A stretch of 64,000 nucleotides of DNA from Chrysomallon squamiferum (taxonomy: Eukaryota; Animalia; Mollusca). The notes beneath the pieces were generated by a model. It saw nothing but the letters and a program-made list of their open reading frames with translations. It ran no database searches and was not told the DNA's origin. The stretch spans positions 22,630,001-22,694,000 of the forward strand of contig CM022673.1 of the NCBI GenBank assembly GCA_012295275.1. Direction: 5' to 3'. Positions 26,761 to 40,200 of the stretch are shown here, piece after piece (the stretch's first letter is position 1; every line of letters begins with the position of its first letter). The translations under genes and the position numbers were made by a program.

Positions 26761-29700
26761 TTATTATTATTCAGTTGGAGTATTATTATGAATGGTTTGA
26801 ACAATCAAAGCATGTAAACTGTTTTCTGTTGAAATAATTTTGTTTTATCTGTAATAAACACTTCTGTTCATTTTAACGAACAAACTGGTTATCACAACTC
26901 CTTTCTTACCACCACTGTATCAACTCAACCCTACAACCACATTACTCTTACCACCTCAACACTATAACTATCCAATCATCTCATCCCCATAACACCATCA
27001 CCTGCCACATCACATGTATATAATATATATGTGTCTGTGTGATAATATACATATATATATTTCCACAAATGACCAATTTCTATAGTCTGTAAAACATCCT
27101 AATATGAGTGCGGTGCTCCATTAATTAAAAATAAAACATAATTTTATTGAAAGTAACACTGTATTTTTGTGTTACTTGATAATGAAACAACTGCATGAGC
27201 ACATTTTCCTATTTGCAAAATCTATAATAAATTGAATAAATATTTGTGAAATACATGATTGTCGGAGTTTTATTTTTATATATTTCCTGTCAAATATGAT
27301 ATAGTTTTTTTTAATAATAATAATAATAATATGTATTTGTATGCTTTGCATATCTATGAAAAATAGACAGGGAAAATGTCAATTTAAGCCATACGATACA
27401 AGAAGAAATATAAAATAAATAAATAAATAATGACATTGATAATAATTTTTATTATTTCCATTTATTCGTACATTACAATAGATATTTGAAACTGCAACAA
27501 AGTTTCTATTTGCTAAAAACTATTCAGTTCTTTATCTTCAGTTTAAAGAGAAAAAAAAAAAAAAAAAAAAATAAAGAGAAAAAGACAAACAGAACAACTG
27601 AAAAGTAAACACATTCAAAGTGACTTTGATTATATATTAGTTCTTTTGTTAAAGGTTGATTCAGCAACATCAATACAAAACAAAAGAAAAGAGAAAGGTG
27701 TTGTAGAGAGATGTATCACTGTTTGCTGTGTTACTGAAGTAAAGTCTTGTTTATCTTGACCGCAGTTCTGCTGCTTCTAAGTCTTGTGTCACCAGACTCA
27801 TGTTTTCACAATCACTTTGCCGGTTCCTGGATTTCTCTCAGCACCTTAGCACTCTCACTTTTATTTAAAATGCTGTGTAGGGGAAGGTGTTCGAAGTTAA
27901 CAAACTAACAAAGTAACTTTCCTGAGTTGGATAAAGTTATTTGAGGGAATCACTGCTATAATAAAAAGGAATCACAAACAAAACTAAAACTAACATTTTT
28001 TTATCTCACTATACGGGGTAAGAATTTCTATATATTTGAACATACCAAATGTTTCTTTATATTATAAGCATAGAGTGAACTGCATATAATGTTAAACGTA
28101 ATATATGTTTATAACATCAGTGTGGGGGGAAATAAGACTAAAGAGAAAAAGAAACCACAAATTACAAAATTAGAAACATTCTTTGACTTGACGAAAACAG
28201 CCACACACACAAAAAATCCTTATTTAGTTTTTTATTAGAGTTTATTTAGAGGAGCATATAAATCACTGTATTAGTAATCTGGTTGATCATTAATGAAATA
28301 ATAACTAACAATCTAAATAAATAAATTATAATAATATAAATAATAAATAAAATCATAATACCATTTGTTAAAAGCACACTTATTGCATATATTCTTTCGT
28401 TTTAATCGATTTATATACTTTCTCCATTAGAAACCAGAAAAATGATTTCAATTAGAGCTTTAGAAAAATATGACAGAGAAAAACAAAATTAAAAAAAGGA
28501 GAAAGAAAAAATACAGAAGAAAACGACAGCCGCTAACAAACCAAGAGAATCTGAGAATAAAGACAGCACATCGTATATCGTGACAAACATGTTAAGAAAA
28601 GTTCTATAATTCTCAGGAATACGTTTCTTGGAAGGAAGTCTCCTATAGACAGAAGAGTGGGAAAAGATAACCTTTACAAAAAGAGTTTCAGTGGTGGTCA
28701 CTAATAAAAAGGAAAGTTAATTACAAAGAATAATGAAATTTGCACACAAATGAAATAAGAAATGAAATGTATCTACGTCATTTACAAACGTTTCTCGAAC
28801 TAGGTCAGAACATTATTTTTGACAGGAAATAATTTACTTTAAATAAGAATTATAACGTAAATAAGCCTTCAAAGGGAAAAGCCGCGTTTAAAACATACTC
28901 TTTCGTTTTAGCAAATATAATCGCAGTAATAAACGTTTTGGTTTTTACCCATTTCCAGGAAACCTGAGACATATCGCCTAATGAAGAGAAATATGGTTAT
29001 CTCTAAAAATTAAACGTTCGTCTGCGAAGTCGCCACAATATAGTGTTCTAGTTCATGAAATGGCGCGAAAACGTATAATACACCTCGGGTGGTCGGCAAT
29101 TATAAACAAAAAAATTGACGAAGCCAAGATAAGAAAGCAACGACTCATAGAATTGTGGGAAAAATTATTCCAATCAAAAAGTAGCCCTAAGTAATATCAT
29201 AATTCAAATTGCACACCCCGTGAAGAATTTATCGTTTTTCTTCTATGAATCGATTTTCAATGAATGATAACGAATTTCAATGATAATAAATTTAAAATGC
29301 ATTTTTGAAGTGTCCTATCACAAGAAAAGAAACATCATTATTATTTATTCCATAAGCATAAAGAAATCTCACTTATGATTTTAGAACAGGTAAATAATAA
29401 ATATTTTATGACGAAATCACTAGAATTAGCATCTAAATTTATAAAGAATAATAATAAATAAATAAATAAATAAAAGATAAAAACACAACAGATTTTTAAA
29501 TGTTTATTTGTTTACAGTAAGCGTTTAGAATACTTTCTTGAGAAAACCGTTCAATAATGCTTGTCTAGCGAACGATCCTTGAATTTTTCCGAATTTTTTA
29601 GTGTAATCACTGCCAAAGATTGAAATATTCACTTTTATAACAAAAACAGTGATATCGCTTTGAGACAATAAATAAATAAATAAATAAATAAATAAATAGA

Positions 29701-30910
29701 GAGATGGAGATTAAAAAAAAGAAGAAAAAGAATCATTACTTTTAAAGTCATAAAACTATATTAAATTAACAATGACGTCATCTTGTTCCCGTAATTAAAT
29801 ACTTAATAAAACCACTGTACGTGAAATAAATAATCAAAATAAATAAATATTAATAATCAAATAAAATTAATTTGAGAGGGTCACTCCTAACTGAACCAAA
29901 AAAATGACAAAAAACCCCAACAATTATGATAATCAAAGAAATACGGGAAGTTTGCTCTGTTGGACGTAATGAAATCTAATCTAGGATAGATCCTGATAAC
30001 CCGAAAATTTCGTAGAAGCCATGGGAAATTCGAATATAATCAGTTGATAATCGAGAATGAAAAATAAAACGAAATAAAATAAATACGTTTTTTTTTTTTT
30101 TTTTTTTTCTTTTGTTTGTGGATTTTATAAAGAACATCTCAGAAATATTTAAAATGATAAAAAATTGTTTATGCTTGTTTTTGTTATCATTGTCACTGAA
30201 CCAACATTTAGTCAGCTTGTTTTAAAATACGTTATTAAAAGGGCTGATATCTACCATTTATCCACTTATTTTGTGTGTGTGTGTGTGTGTGAGTGTGGGT
30301 GCGTATGCGTGCATATTTGACAGCCATTAAGAATTATAAAGCAGACATGCACCAATTTAGGAAACCTCTCATTCTATCTACAGACTGGCATCATGCTAAT
30401 ACCATAGTTGTTTGCTAGACGTACCACCAAATCTGGTATGACTGTTCCTAAAACCAGAAATGTCTGAACAGTGTTGCGCACAGTTCCATGCAGCTAAACC
30501 ATCGCTGCCAATTAGTGAGAGGAAGAAGGCGAGTTGGACCACAACAATAAACAATGACAACCATGTTACTATGTCTTGTAGATTTCTGTTTCTTAATATA
30601 TTAATCTGGTCTTTTCTAGGCAGACAGAATTCTATGAGTGTTTATGATAGGCGTCGCTTAATGGATTTTAATTTATATTTAATTTTACATCAGATTTTCT
30701 GTGCCCCTCCATCCGTCGTGTCTTTCTGGTAGCCTCTTCCTTTAAGACAGAACTATATTTTAATTTAAATATAAATATATTACAACCTTTTAATTTTAAA
30801 ACCTTCTTACGTGTAAACAACAACGACAATTATAACAGCATCGTAACATAATTTAAACAAATTAAAATAACAAAGAAGTAATAAACGTTAGATGAACAAG
30901 TTTGTACATA

Positions 30911-31200
30911 TAGGTTGAGATTCCTTTATCCGAAATGCATGGGACCGGAAGTGTTTCGTATTTCGGAATAATATTTTTATTTCGGATTTTGGAATATAAG
31001 GTCATAGCATAAGAATAGAACCTACGTCTAAATATGAATTCCATTTATTTTTCATATAAAGCTTACACAGATAGTCTGCTGGATCTTTTTAATAATATTT
31101 TTAATAATTTTGTGCATAAAATACAGTTTGTATATGCAAAAATTGCGAAAACTATAATATATTATTATTTCTGTTGCTCGGATAAGGGATCCTCAAACTA
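30911..31200. mobile_element. Complete non-autonomous Tigger/pogo (Tc1-mariner) MITE, Tigger4/MER46-like
   Basis: 22-bp imperfect TIRs: left TAGGTTGAGATTCCTTTATCCG; right end reverse-complemented TAGTTTGAGGATCCCTTATCCG. TA flanks both ends (30909-30910 and 31201-31202). The family assignment rests on my recollection of the Tigger4 consensus. Confidence 0.85.
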
Positions 31201-34185
31201 TACAAATAATTACAGACGAAAAGACACATAAATAACCATACCAGACAAGACAATTACTGAAAAAATGCACCATTAGGTTCAGTGTTCATATTAAAAATCC
31301 TTCCATTTTAGTGCACACTGAAAAGTAAGTATTCTAAGAGTTATTCCATATATGCATATTTTATGAACTGCGATAAACACAGTAATTAATTTTAAAAGCA
31401 TTATATGAAACACTGGTACTGGAACATTATACATCTTAAATATGACAGATGTCTTTCTCTTTAATTTTACGTTTTTTAAATTTTGTTTTATTATATATAT
31501 ATATATATATATCTGACATTTCTTATATTTCTTAAATGCAAAGATGTTCAACTGTTTTTTTCTCTGACAGTAACCCTTTCCACGGTAAAGCAGTTTCAGA
31601 AGGGTTACTTAATATGCGAGCAAAATGTGTTCACTGCAGAATAAAATAAAATACAAAATCTAATTTTTGAAAATAAAATAGAATAAATAAAAACTGGGTG
31701 GGGAAAAGAAAAATGTTCGAGGCTATTTCTGCGGATTAGGTGAAAATGTTTATCATTCTTTAACGGCCCTCTGCACAAATATTTATAATTTTCCTCCAGC
31801 TTTACTGAATTTTGTTCTTCTGCTCTGATAGAACCGTTCTTGAAACTACGTTACATCATATGTCCCTTTTAAAATTATTTTCTTAATTTAAATTTTCACC
31901 ACAAGAAGGAGACTCGTACAATACGAAATTTTCGAATCCCTTTATTTTACGTTCAAGATATTTCACGCGCATCTAAATGCGCAATGAATAACGATGGAGA
32001 TAATCACCTTTCATCTCACACCCTTGTGTGACTTATCACCAGTATGTGCATCCCGCGTGCCTGTAAGACCGCCATTTTATCAAAAGAGGACAATAATTTA
32101 AATCAAACAGGTGCTATTCATAATGGGATTCTGAGTTCCATTATTATTATTCAGAAAGGAAGGGGTCAAATTAAACGACCATCTGTGATTATTTTTTTAA
32201 GATGAAAGACGAGATACGAGAGATAGGAAAATACATTTATCAATTTCATTCTGTGCGACTTTGTTCATCGCGTCATCAAAGAGATAACTGATTCAAACAG
32301 GGGTGTCATTAATTTGAAAATATTTTGTGTTTACTGTAATCACATTATTACTGAACAAAGTAAATATTTCTAGCCTAACGATACTTTACAGTATATATAA
32401 AATAAATAACTGCTTTAATTAATCGTGCACATTTTCTTATGATAAAGAAGAACCATTATTTATAACTTGTGAAAGTTTTCCATATTATGGCCAGTCAGGT
32501 TTCTTCTCCGATACTTTCATTGCAAAATCCTGTAGGTGACACTTAGTATCTATTAGGAAATAATAAATCAGTTTTATTAAAAAAATTATTAATTTATATT
32601 AATTTCTAATTATTTATCAGATCATAGTATGTAATTAACATTTCTTTACAATAATTCTGTGTTTTCAGTTAACTGTAATAATTATATAAATCAAAAAACT
32701 ATATTAGTTTAAGTGATGTGGAAATTAGCTATATTGCAAATTGTTAATATAATTTGAGAAAAAAAACAATAAAAGAATAAAAGAATATATAATACTATTA
32801 TTAAATAAAAAAACACACCCACACACAATCTCCCTTTTCCTGCAAATATTTGTTATTTAGTAATTTTAGTATATATTGATGAATACAATGCTGGTTTTAA
32901 TATATCAGTCTTAAAAAGCTAGTAGTAGTAGTAGCAGTAGTAGTAATATAAAATAAATGCATTTGAGTCCATTTCATATGTATATATTTCTTTTTCTCTC
33001 ACTAAAGTTCTTGATTTCCCAGACTAAAACACATGTCATCTGTAGGCGTGCAAAACAGTGGAGATTTTAGAGTCACTGGTCTAAGAAAACCATCATGTTG
33101 TTTTTGTTGCATTTTGATCAGCTGCAGGTGTCTAGGTGAACCTCAGCTTTTACTGAAAGAAAGATTTGTTTCAAAGTGAATTATGCCACAGCATCTGCAT
33201 AAAATTATTATTTGAACTCTATGGTCCACGTGCTGTTGCCTTGATACTTGTATACTGAATAGTTTCACTTATAGTTTAAAAATGACAAAAGCAAAAGCAT
33301 CTGGGATGGGATGCAATTAATCAGATGTATAAATATTATGTATATATATGTGTGTTTGTGTATCTATGTTTGTATGTGTGAATGGGTGTGTGTGTATATC
33401 ACAAGCACAGACACACACACATTCTGGTATGTTAATTTTCTAGAGAGTAATATTAGTTTGATATTGTCAGCTTTTGCATTACTATTGTTGAAAAAAGAAA
33501 TTTAAAACTACATAAAAATGTGGAAAACAGTTCACAGAAACTAAAATTAACAAGATTTGAATATCAAGTTAAAGTTAGACCATCTGTATAAAGTGATGTT
33601 TAATTTGAAGGTTTCTAAATATCAACTCACACCTTTAAAAACTGGCAAAGTTTACTGTTTCATATTAAAAATAAAAGTAATCTTTAAGTAAAATAGTTTT
33701 TTTTTACAGCCTTGTCAAATGAAAATGCTGACTAACAGGACAAGGGAAATAACTCTTAAATTCAAGAAACAACAGACAGATATTTGATGGTTATGGTTGC
33801 TGAAATGAGTTCTTTAAGTAATCAATATTCTGAAATTATAACTATTTGTTAATACTGATATAAATAGGTATTAGTTATTAAAATATAATATTTTATTTTG
33901 TTTAAAAAGCAAATTTAACTAATTAAATGTTTATTTTCACTGTTGTTATAACATTTGCTGGGTCGAATTTGTAAACCAGTTTATTATTACAAGAAATTAC
34001 AAACACAGTAATTACTGGTACCAGCCAAGGAAAACTGATTATGGAGTTTATATTTGTACATAATAGTTATTATTTATTTGATGTGAATAGATCATTAGAT
34101 GTATTCAAAACTGAACCTATTTTTCATAAACTATTTGTACTGATGACCTGGCTGATGGTGACACTTGTTTTCACAGATAGAAATT

Positions 34186-36705
34186 TTTATTAAAACAAAT
34201 TTATTGAACATCAATTAAATACAAGGAAATACCTAATCCTTGTTTTATCTGCCAACTGGTGCCTTGTTAACATCACCTATTTAACCAAAATTGCTAGACT
34301 AATGGAGGGCAGGATATCATTCTTTCCAGTTTCACCATGAATGTATATTTGATATTTTTACTTACTTACCAGGATACATTATTAAGTTTCCATTATAATG
34401 TCTCATACAAAAGCTTCGTTATACAACATCTGCTTGTTTAGTATCTCTGAAACCAAACAAATATTTTTAGAAAACACACAACAAACAACAAAAACAAAAA
34501 TTAAACTTCCTCTACATAGTAATGTGATGAAAAATAAAAAATAAATAAAAGTAAACATTTATGAAAGATTTTAATATTAAATTTTAATGGACTTTTATCC
34601 CTTATTCATCTAACTTAAAACAAATAATGGTCCAAATCTGAAATATATAACTAATACCACTTAAAATTAGATTATAATGAATACAAAAGAAAAAAAATAA
34701 TAAATAAAAATAATATTAATAATATATATAATATATACAGTGGTACCTCAAGTTTCGAGTTACGAGCAGCCGCTTGGTTGATCTTTTGCTTTGAGTTGTG
34801 AGCCAAAATGCAAGTTACAAGCAAGCTTCAGATACATCATCTCCACTTGGCACAACGAACAATACAACATCCGCCCACCATCATGCGCTTTACTCATTTG
34901 CTTCACGTGGTTACCTCATCATGGAAGCATCTCTGTTGTGTTGTGCTCGCATTTTGTGCAGTAGTTTGCCAAATTTCCATGGATCCTAAGAAAGTAAGTG
35001 CAAAGGACAGTGCTGATATATCAAGTAAAAATTTAGAAAAGATTTAATAAATAAGCACAGTGAACATTTTGAATTTATTATTGATTTTTTGAAATTATCC
35101 TTGTTATGATTTTTTATAACATGTTTATAACATGTTTATAGCATATCATGGAAATGTTCAACAAATATAAAGTAATTTTATGGTATCTGTCAGTTTGTCA
35201 TTGTATCTGTACTGACATCCTTGGATTAGTATTAAAACAAGTGAAACATAAAACCTCTGACTTCTCAACGGGAACAATCATTTCATCCCAGAATATTTTC
35301 TCATCATTCACTGCTCCTGTCCTGTCAGAGAATAAAAAAAATTATGTTGTTATATAGGTGACAAAAGATTATTCAAATAATAATTTCAATACAACAGATG
35401 TTTGATAGTTATGGCAGAGTAGATTAGAGTTTACTAATGACATGTTAAATATTAAGCCTGAATTACAGAACAAAGTAAATATTTGTAAACTTCTCTTAAC
35501 ATATATACAGATACTCCTAACACTGAATGATTCATGGGAACAATGATTATCCTTGTCAAAACAGTTGCATGGCCTTTATATAAACACTATGAATTGAATA
35601 ACTTACTTATTTTGTAAAAAATGGAAGAACATAATTACAATGATACAGTAACAATGAAACACTTTTTGGCAATATGTATAAAATAACTAACTAAATGTCA
35701 GGTTTCTTATATATTACATGAAATTTTCAAGGATTATGCATTCTCCCTATGCTGAATATTTAAGATATAATATATAACTCCTGGTTATACATAACCTTTA
35801 ATATAAGTATCATATAAATAAATAAATGAAGAAAGAAAGAAAGAAAATAAAAATATTTTCTATCCAAATTAAGAAATAAATTGTTTTAATTTATTATACA
35901 CTTTAAAAAGATTCTTTATGCTTAATGTTTGGTTAAAACAAAAATAAACAAAAACATTTTTACACATAATAATATGGAATAATGTTAGTAAATGTAATCA
36001 CATAACATCAACAATAAGACAGTTATGTATAAACATATTCTTTGTATAGTTGAAAGCATAAATGAAATCCATTTCATTTGTCAGTTGAAAATATATCGTA
36101 CAAATTATCACCCTCAGCTGATCAGTTAAATTAAGTATTTTGTTTGTTTGTTTCATTTATCTGTCACCATTCTCAGCATCAGTAGAATATGATCATCTGT
36201 TTGTGTTCCATTTATATTTAATTGTATGCATATATCTAAAGGTGTTTCTGTTTGTTTAATGAAGTGCACAATACCTGTATGATTGTAAACAGAAAAAAGA
36301 AAGTAAAAATTTGTCACAAACTGTCTTATACAGTTCTTCCTTTCATTAAAAACAACATAACTGTAACCAAAACAGAGGAAACAGAAACTAACAACAGGAA
36401 CACCCATCATTTTAATTCCAAACACTGTGGTGTAAACTTGATCATCACAAACAAGTGCAACTTAAACTCTGAACTATATATTCATAGTGTTGAAGATTAA
36501 CATGTGAGATAAGGAGATAACACTGAGTATTTATTTTTTCAGAAATCAATATATAATTTCATCAAGAAAGAAACTTTAAAAAATTGTACAATTCAATCAA
36601 GACATGCATAAATCATTATGGAAGTATCAGGTAACGTAATATTAACTCTCAAAAGCCAAGTAAGTGTCTACTCAGTCCTATTCACAGATCTGTGTGTACA
36701 CACAC

Positions 36706-36786
<81 letters not shown>

Positions 36787-37555
36787 AATTAATTAATAAA
36801 TTAATTAATTAAATAAATATATAATTAATAAAAAAGAATAAAATATAAAAATGATTAAAAATAAAATAATAAAAAACAAATAAATAAATTTTAAAAAGTG
36901 TAATAAAAAAATGAAATAAAAGAAAAATAGCTTCCTTATGAAAGTCTTTATGACCTGTTATAAAGTAATCTTCTAAATATTCAGCTGAAACAATTCCTTA
37001 TCACAATGTATGGTAACTGCTGAATTAATTTGCAGTGAGATGATTATCCATATTTTTCATTAATGCATGATAATATTAATAAATATATTAAATGAAAGCT
37101 GAAGTGACATTAAACATCCTCCAAATTACTTAAATTTCTGTCAGTTAAAAAAGCATGTACAGCTTAAGAGAAATAACTCTTATTTTTATATTCAAACAGA
37201 ATTAGCATGCAGACTGAATCACTATAAAATCCATAAATAATATTAATAGTGATATATTTATATCTTAATAATTGTGTTTTCTTTTTATCTATCTAATTTG
37301 ATGTCCTTTATTTTTTAATTATTGTCTTCGGATATACTGAAAAAAAAAAAAATGTCTTGAGAAGAAACCCATTACAGTTTTTCATTGGCAGCAAAACGTT
37401 TCTCCTATAGATATCCATATTAGTCTTTGATAAACCAGTAACTGAACCTGGATGAAACAGCTATATATTCCATAGTCCAGCCAGAACACTTTATAAACAA
37501 ATTATTGAATGCGTTGAATAGAACATGTCATTGTTTTGTTTTGTTTTATTTTTTG

Positions 37556-37592
<37 letters not shown>

Positions 37593-37741
37593 GATGAAAT
37601 AAATCTGAGTTGAACAAATGGCATTTGATATTCAATGTTTAAATTTTTTTTTAAATGGTGACATTGTTTGATAAATATGAATGCAGTGATGCATAATTGC
37701 AAAACAGCAAAAAAATATATATATTAATAAATAAATTTAAA

Positions 37742-37784
<43 letters not shown>

Positions 37785-38096
37785 TAAAATAAAATAAAAT
37801 AAAATAAAATAAATAAATAAGTAAATAAATAAAGATGGTGACAAATATATATATATATTGTTTTGTTATTATTGTGTAAAAGAACTATGAATCAGTGGAA
37901 TTTTATTGGCCCTTACTCATATTTGACGCATGTAGCGTTCATAATCTACCAAACTCATTATTTCATCCAATTTGTTACAACGCCAAATTCAGTTTAGCAC
38001 CCATAACAGTCGGATGTCAAAGGGTGATAACTCTTTCCTCATTCTCAACTTCGCTGTTTGAAATTCTTCATTCAAAATAGCTTTTCGATCTTTTTT
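34186..38096 (-). ncRNA. Candidate spliced lncRNA, pseudogene or small-ORF gene
   Basis: Minus-strand AG/GT-bounded segments at 38096-37917, 35321-35217 and 34446-34370, plus a terminal segment from 34276 with two AATAAA (34205-34200, 34191-34186). The locus largely overlaps a CpG-depleted block and has no continuous long ORF. Confidence 0.45.
34738..35020 (+). mobile_element. 5' fragment of a Tigger/pogo DNA transposon
   Basis: Begins TA|CAGTGGTACCTC, a typical pogo/Tigger TIR start. ATG 34979 encodes MDPKKVSAKDSA, resembling the N-terminus of TIGD1-like Tigger transposases, and is then truncated. It retains CpG inside an otherwise CpG-poor block. Confidence 0.7.
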
Positions 38097-40158
38097 CTGG
38101 ATGTTTAGAAGTAAAATAATACTATATTTAATGAGTTTTCGTGCATATTTACTAAATATAGACGAAATAAACTTGATTATGATCACTGTTGCTATTAATA
38201 CCGTCATTAAATTAATGATTAACCTTTTTTATTTCCACTGTAGCTTTTAATTCCTTATTGTTATTGATATACTTTGTAATATTTGAAAAACTGAGATATT
38301 ACTCGTCTACTATTTATTTATATATTTATTTATTATTATTATTATTATTGTTGTTGTTGTTGTTGTTGTTATTATTGTTTTTATTACTTCAGTTTAAGAA
38401 ACAAAAAGAAAAAAGAAAAAGAAAGCATAATATTAAACAAATAGGATCCGTTAGTCAACATTTTCAAAATATTTAAAAATTATTATATACTTTTAAATTA
38501 TGTTGTGGCTGACAAATAAAAACCAAAAATGTAAAGAATTTTAAAAAAATAATAAAATAAAATAAAATAAAATAAAAAATAATCTGTACTGATACAGCTT
38601 GAAATTTAAAATTAATTTTAAATAAATAAAAAGAAAGAAAGAAAGAAAGAAAGAAAGAAAAATGTTAATATTATATGCGTATTTATTAAAAACACTTCAG
38701 CGTCAGAGATTGGGAGAATAGTTATAATGTCTTTTGTTATGCTCAGTTAGGTGACATCGCTCATTCAGTCCTCACCCTAATACTATAAAAACTAAGCTAC
38801 AGCCTGTTGTTTCATTATATAGATATAATAAATAATTATGACATTTATAAGTTGATAAGGTATTCATTATATAAAACAGCAACACCAGCTAAAATTACTA
38901 ATGGACAAGTTCTTTACTAGAAGTGTCATTCATTTAGCTCAGTGGAGCTTTCTCCTCTAGCTGAAATTATTCCCATCTTTAAACGCAAATAATGGATTGA
39001 TGTCGGTGCTGGATAAAAACAACATTCACTCGTCGTCTAGGTCTAAATCATTTATTATATTATCCTTAGAGGCTTTAGCCAGTGATTAGACATTATGGAA
39101 GATTAATGTGTTCAAATTTATGTCAGGAAATTAATTTAGACATTCACTGTACCTGCTTATCAGATTTATTTGTTCAGAGTTACACTGCATTCTCTGTTTT
39201 GGTTTAATACAAAATTTAATACTACGTCTGTTAGACAGTTATTTATTTATTTTAATATGTACTGAATGATATTATTTTGTCATTCTTTCATTCATTCGGT
39301 CTTTTTTAAAAATTAAATTCCATAATATTGATGCAATTATGTCACATGAAAATAAAAAGAAAGAGAGATACTGCTAGAGTGAAATCTAGTTTCTGTTTCG
39401 ATACTGTTGTTTATATATATATCTATATGTGCATTTAGCTGAATTAGTTGCCTTAAAATATTCTAAGTTCAGTACTGAATTAACGTAATCTAGCCATACC
39501 TAAGTATATTTGCGCTGCTGCACTAAACAGTAAATTGTTCGTGTCAGTAATTCTGTAAGAATCTCTTTAATTCACTTGATAATAGTCGGGAAGTTAGAAT
39601 ATAAATAAGATGACGTTTAAGAGATTGGTCGATGGCACGATTTCTGAAACATACATTTACCAGCTTTTTAAGGAAAATGATTTCTGTTTGAAACTGTTAG
39701 AAATTAATCTTTAGCCCCATCTGGCTTCGTCGTTTTCCATTTGTGTTAATCGAATTTCACTTATGAAGGCATTACTGGATTAAAAAGTCTTTATTTCACA
39801 TTACTTTAAAACAAACTGCATTTATCCTTAAGCCGTGAAAAAGAAAACCAAAAATTAAAGACTTAAGTGTTCAATTCTATGTACGTATGAGTTTATATAC
39901 ATTATATACATTTGGAAAGATTCCTAAATAATATTTTAAAAGTAATTATATATATAGTGTGTATGTATGTATGTATGTATGTATCTGCTGGAGTTTAAAC
40001 AATAATAAAAAAAAGATTTTTTTTTAAAATGAAAATAAATTAATATTTCAAAATAGTGTATATAATATAAGAATTTTTTTTTCTCATCAAATCAATATAA
40101 TTATAGTATTATCTTATTACGAAGCGAGAATTATCAAGAGGAAGAAAATAAAGACAGG

Positions 40159-40200
<42 letters not shown>

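Noticed and set aside
26895-27015. C/A-rich stretch as a Pro/Thr-rich exon
   Set aside because: Low complexity, short frame, and no convincing splice pair.
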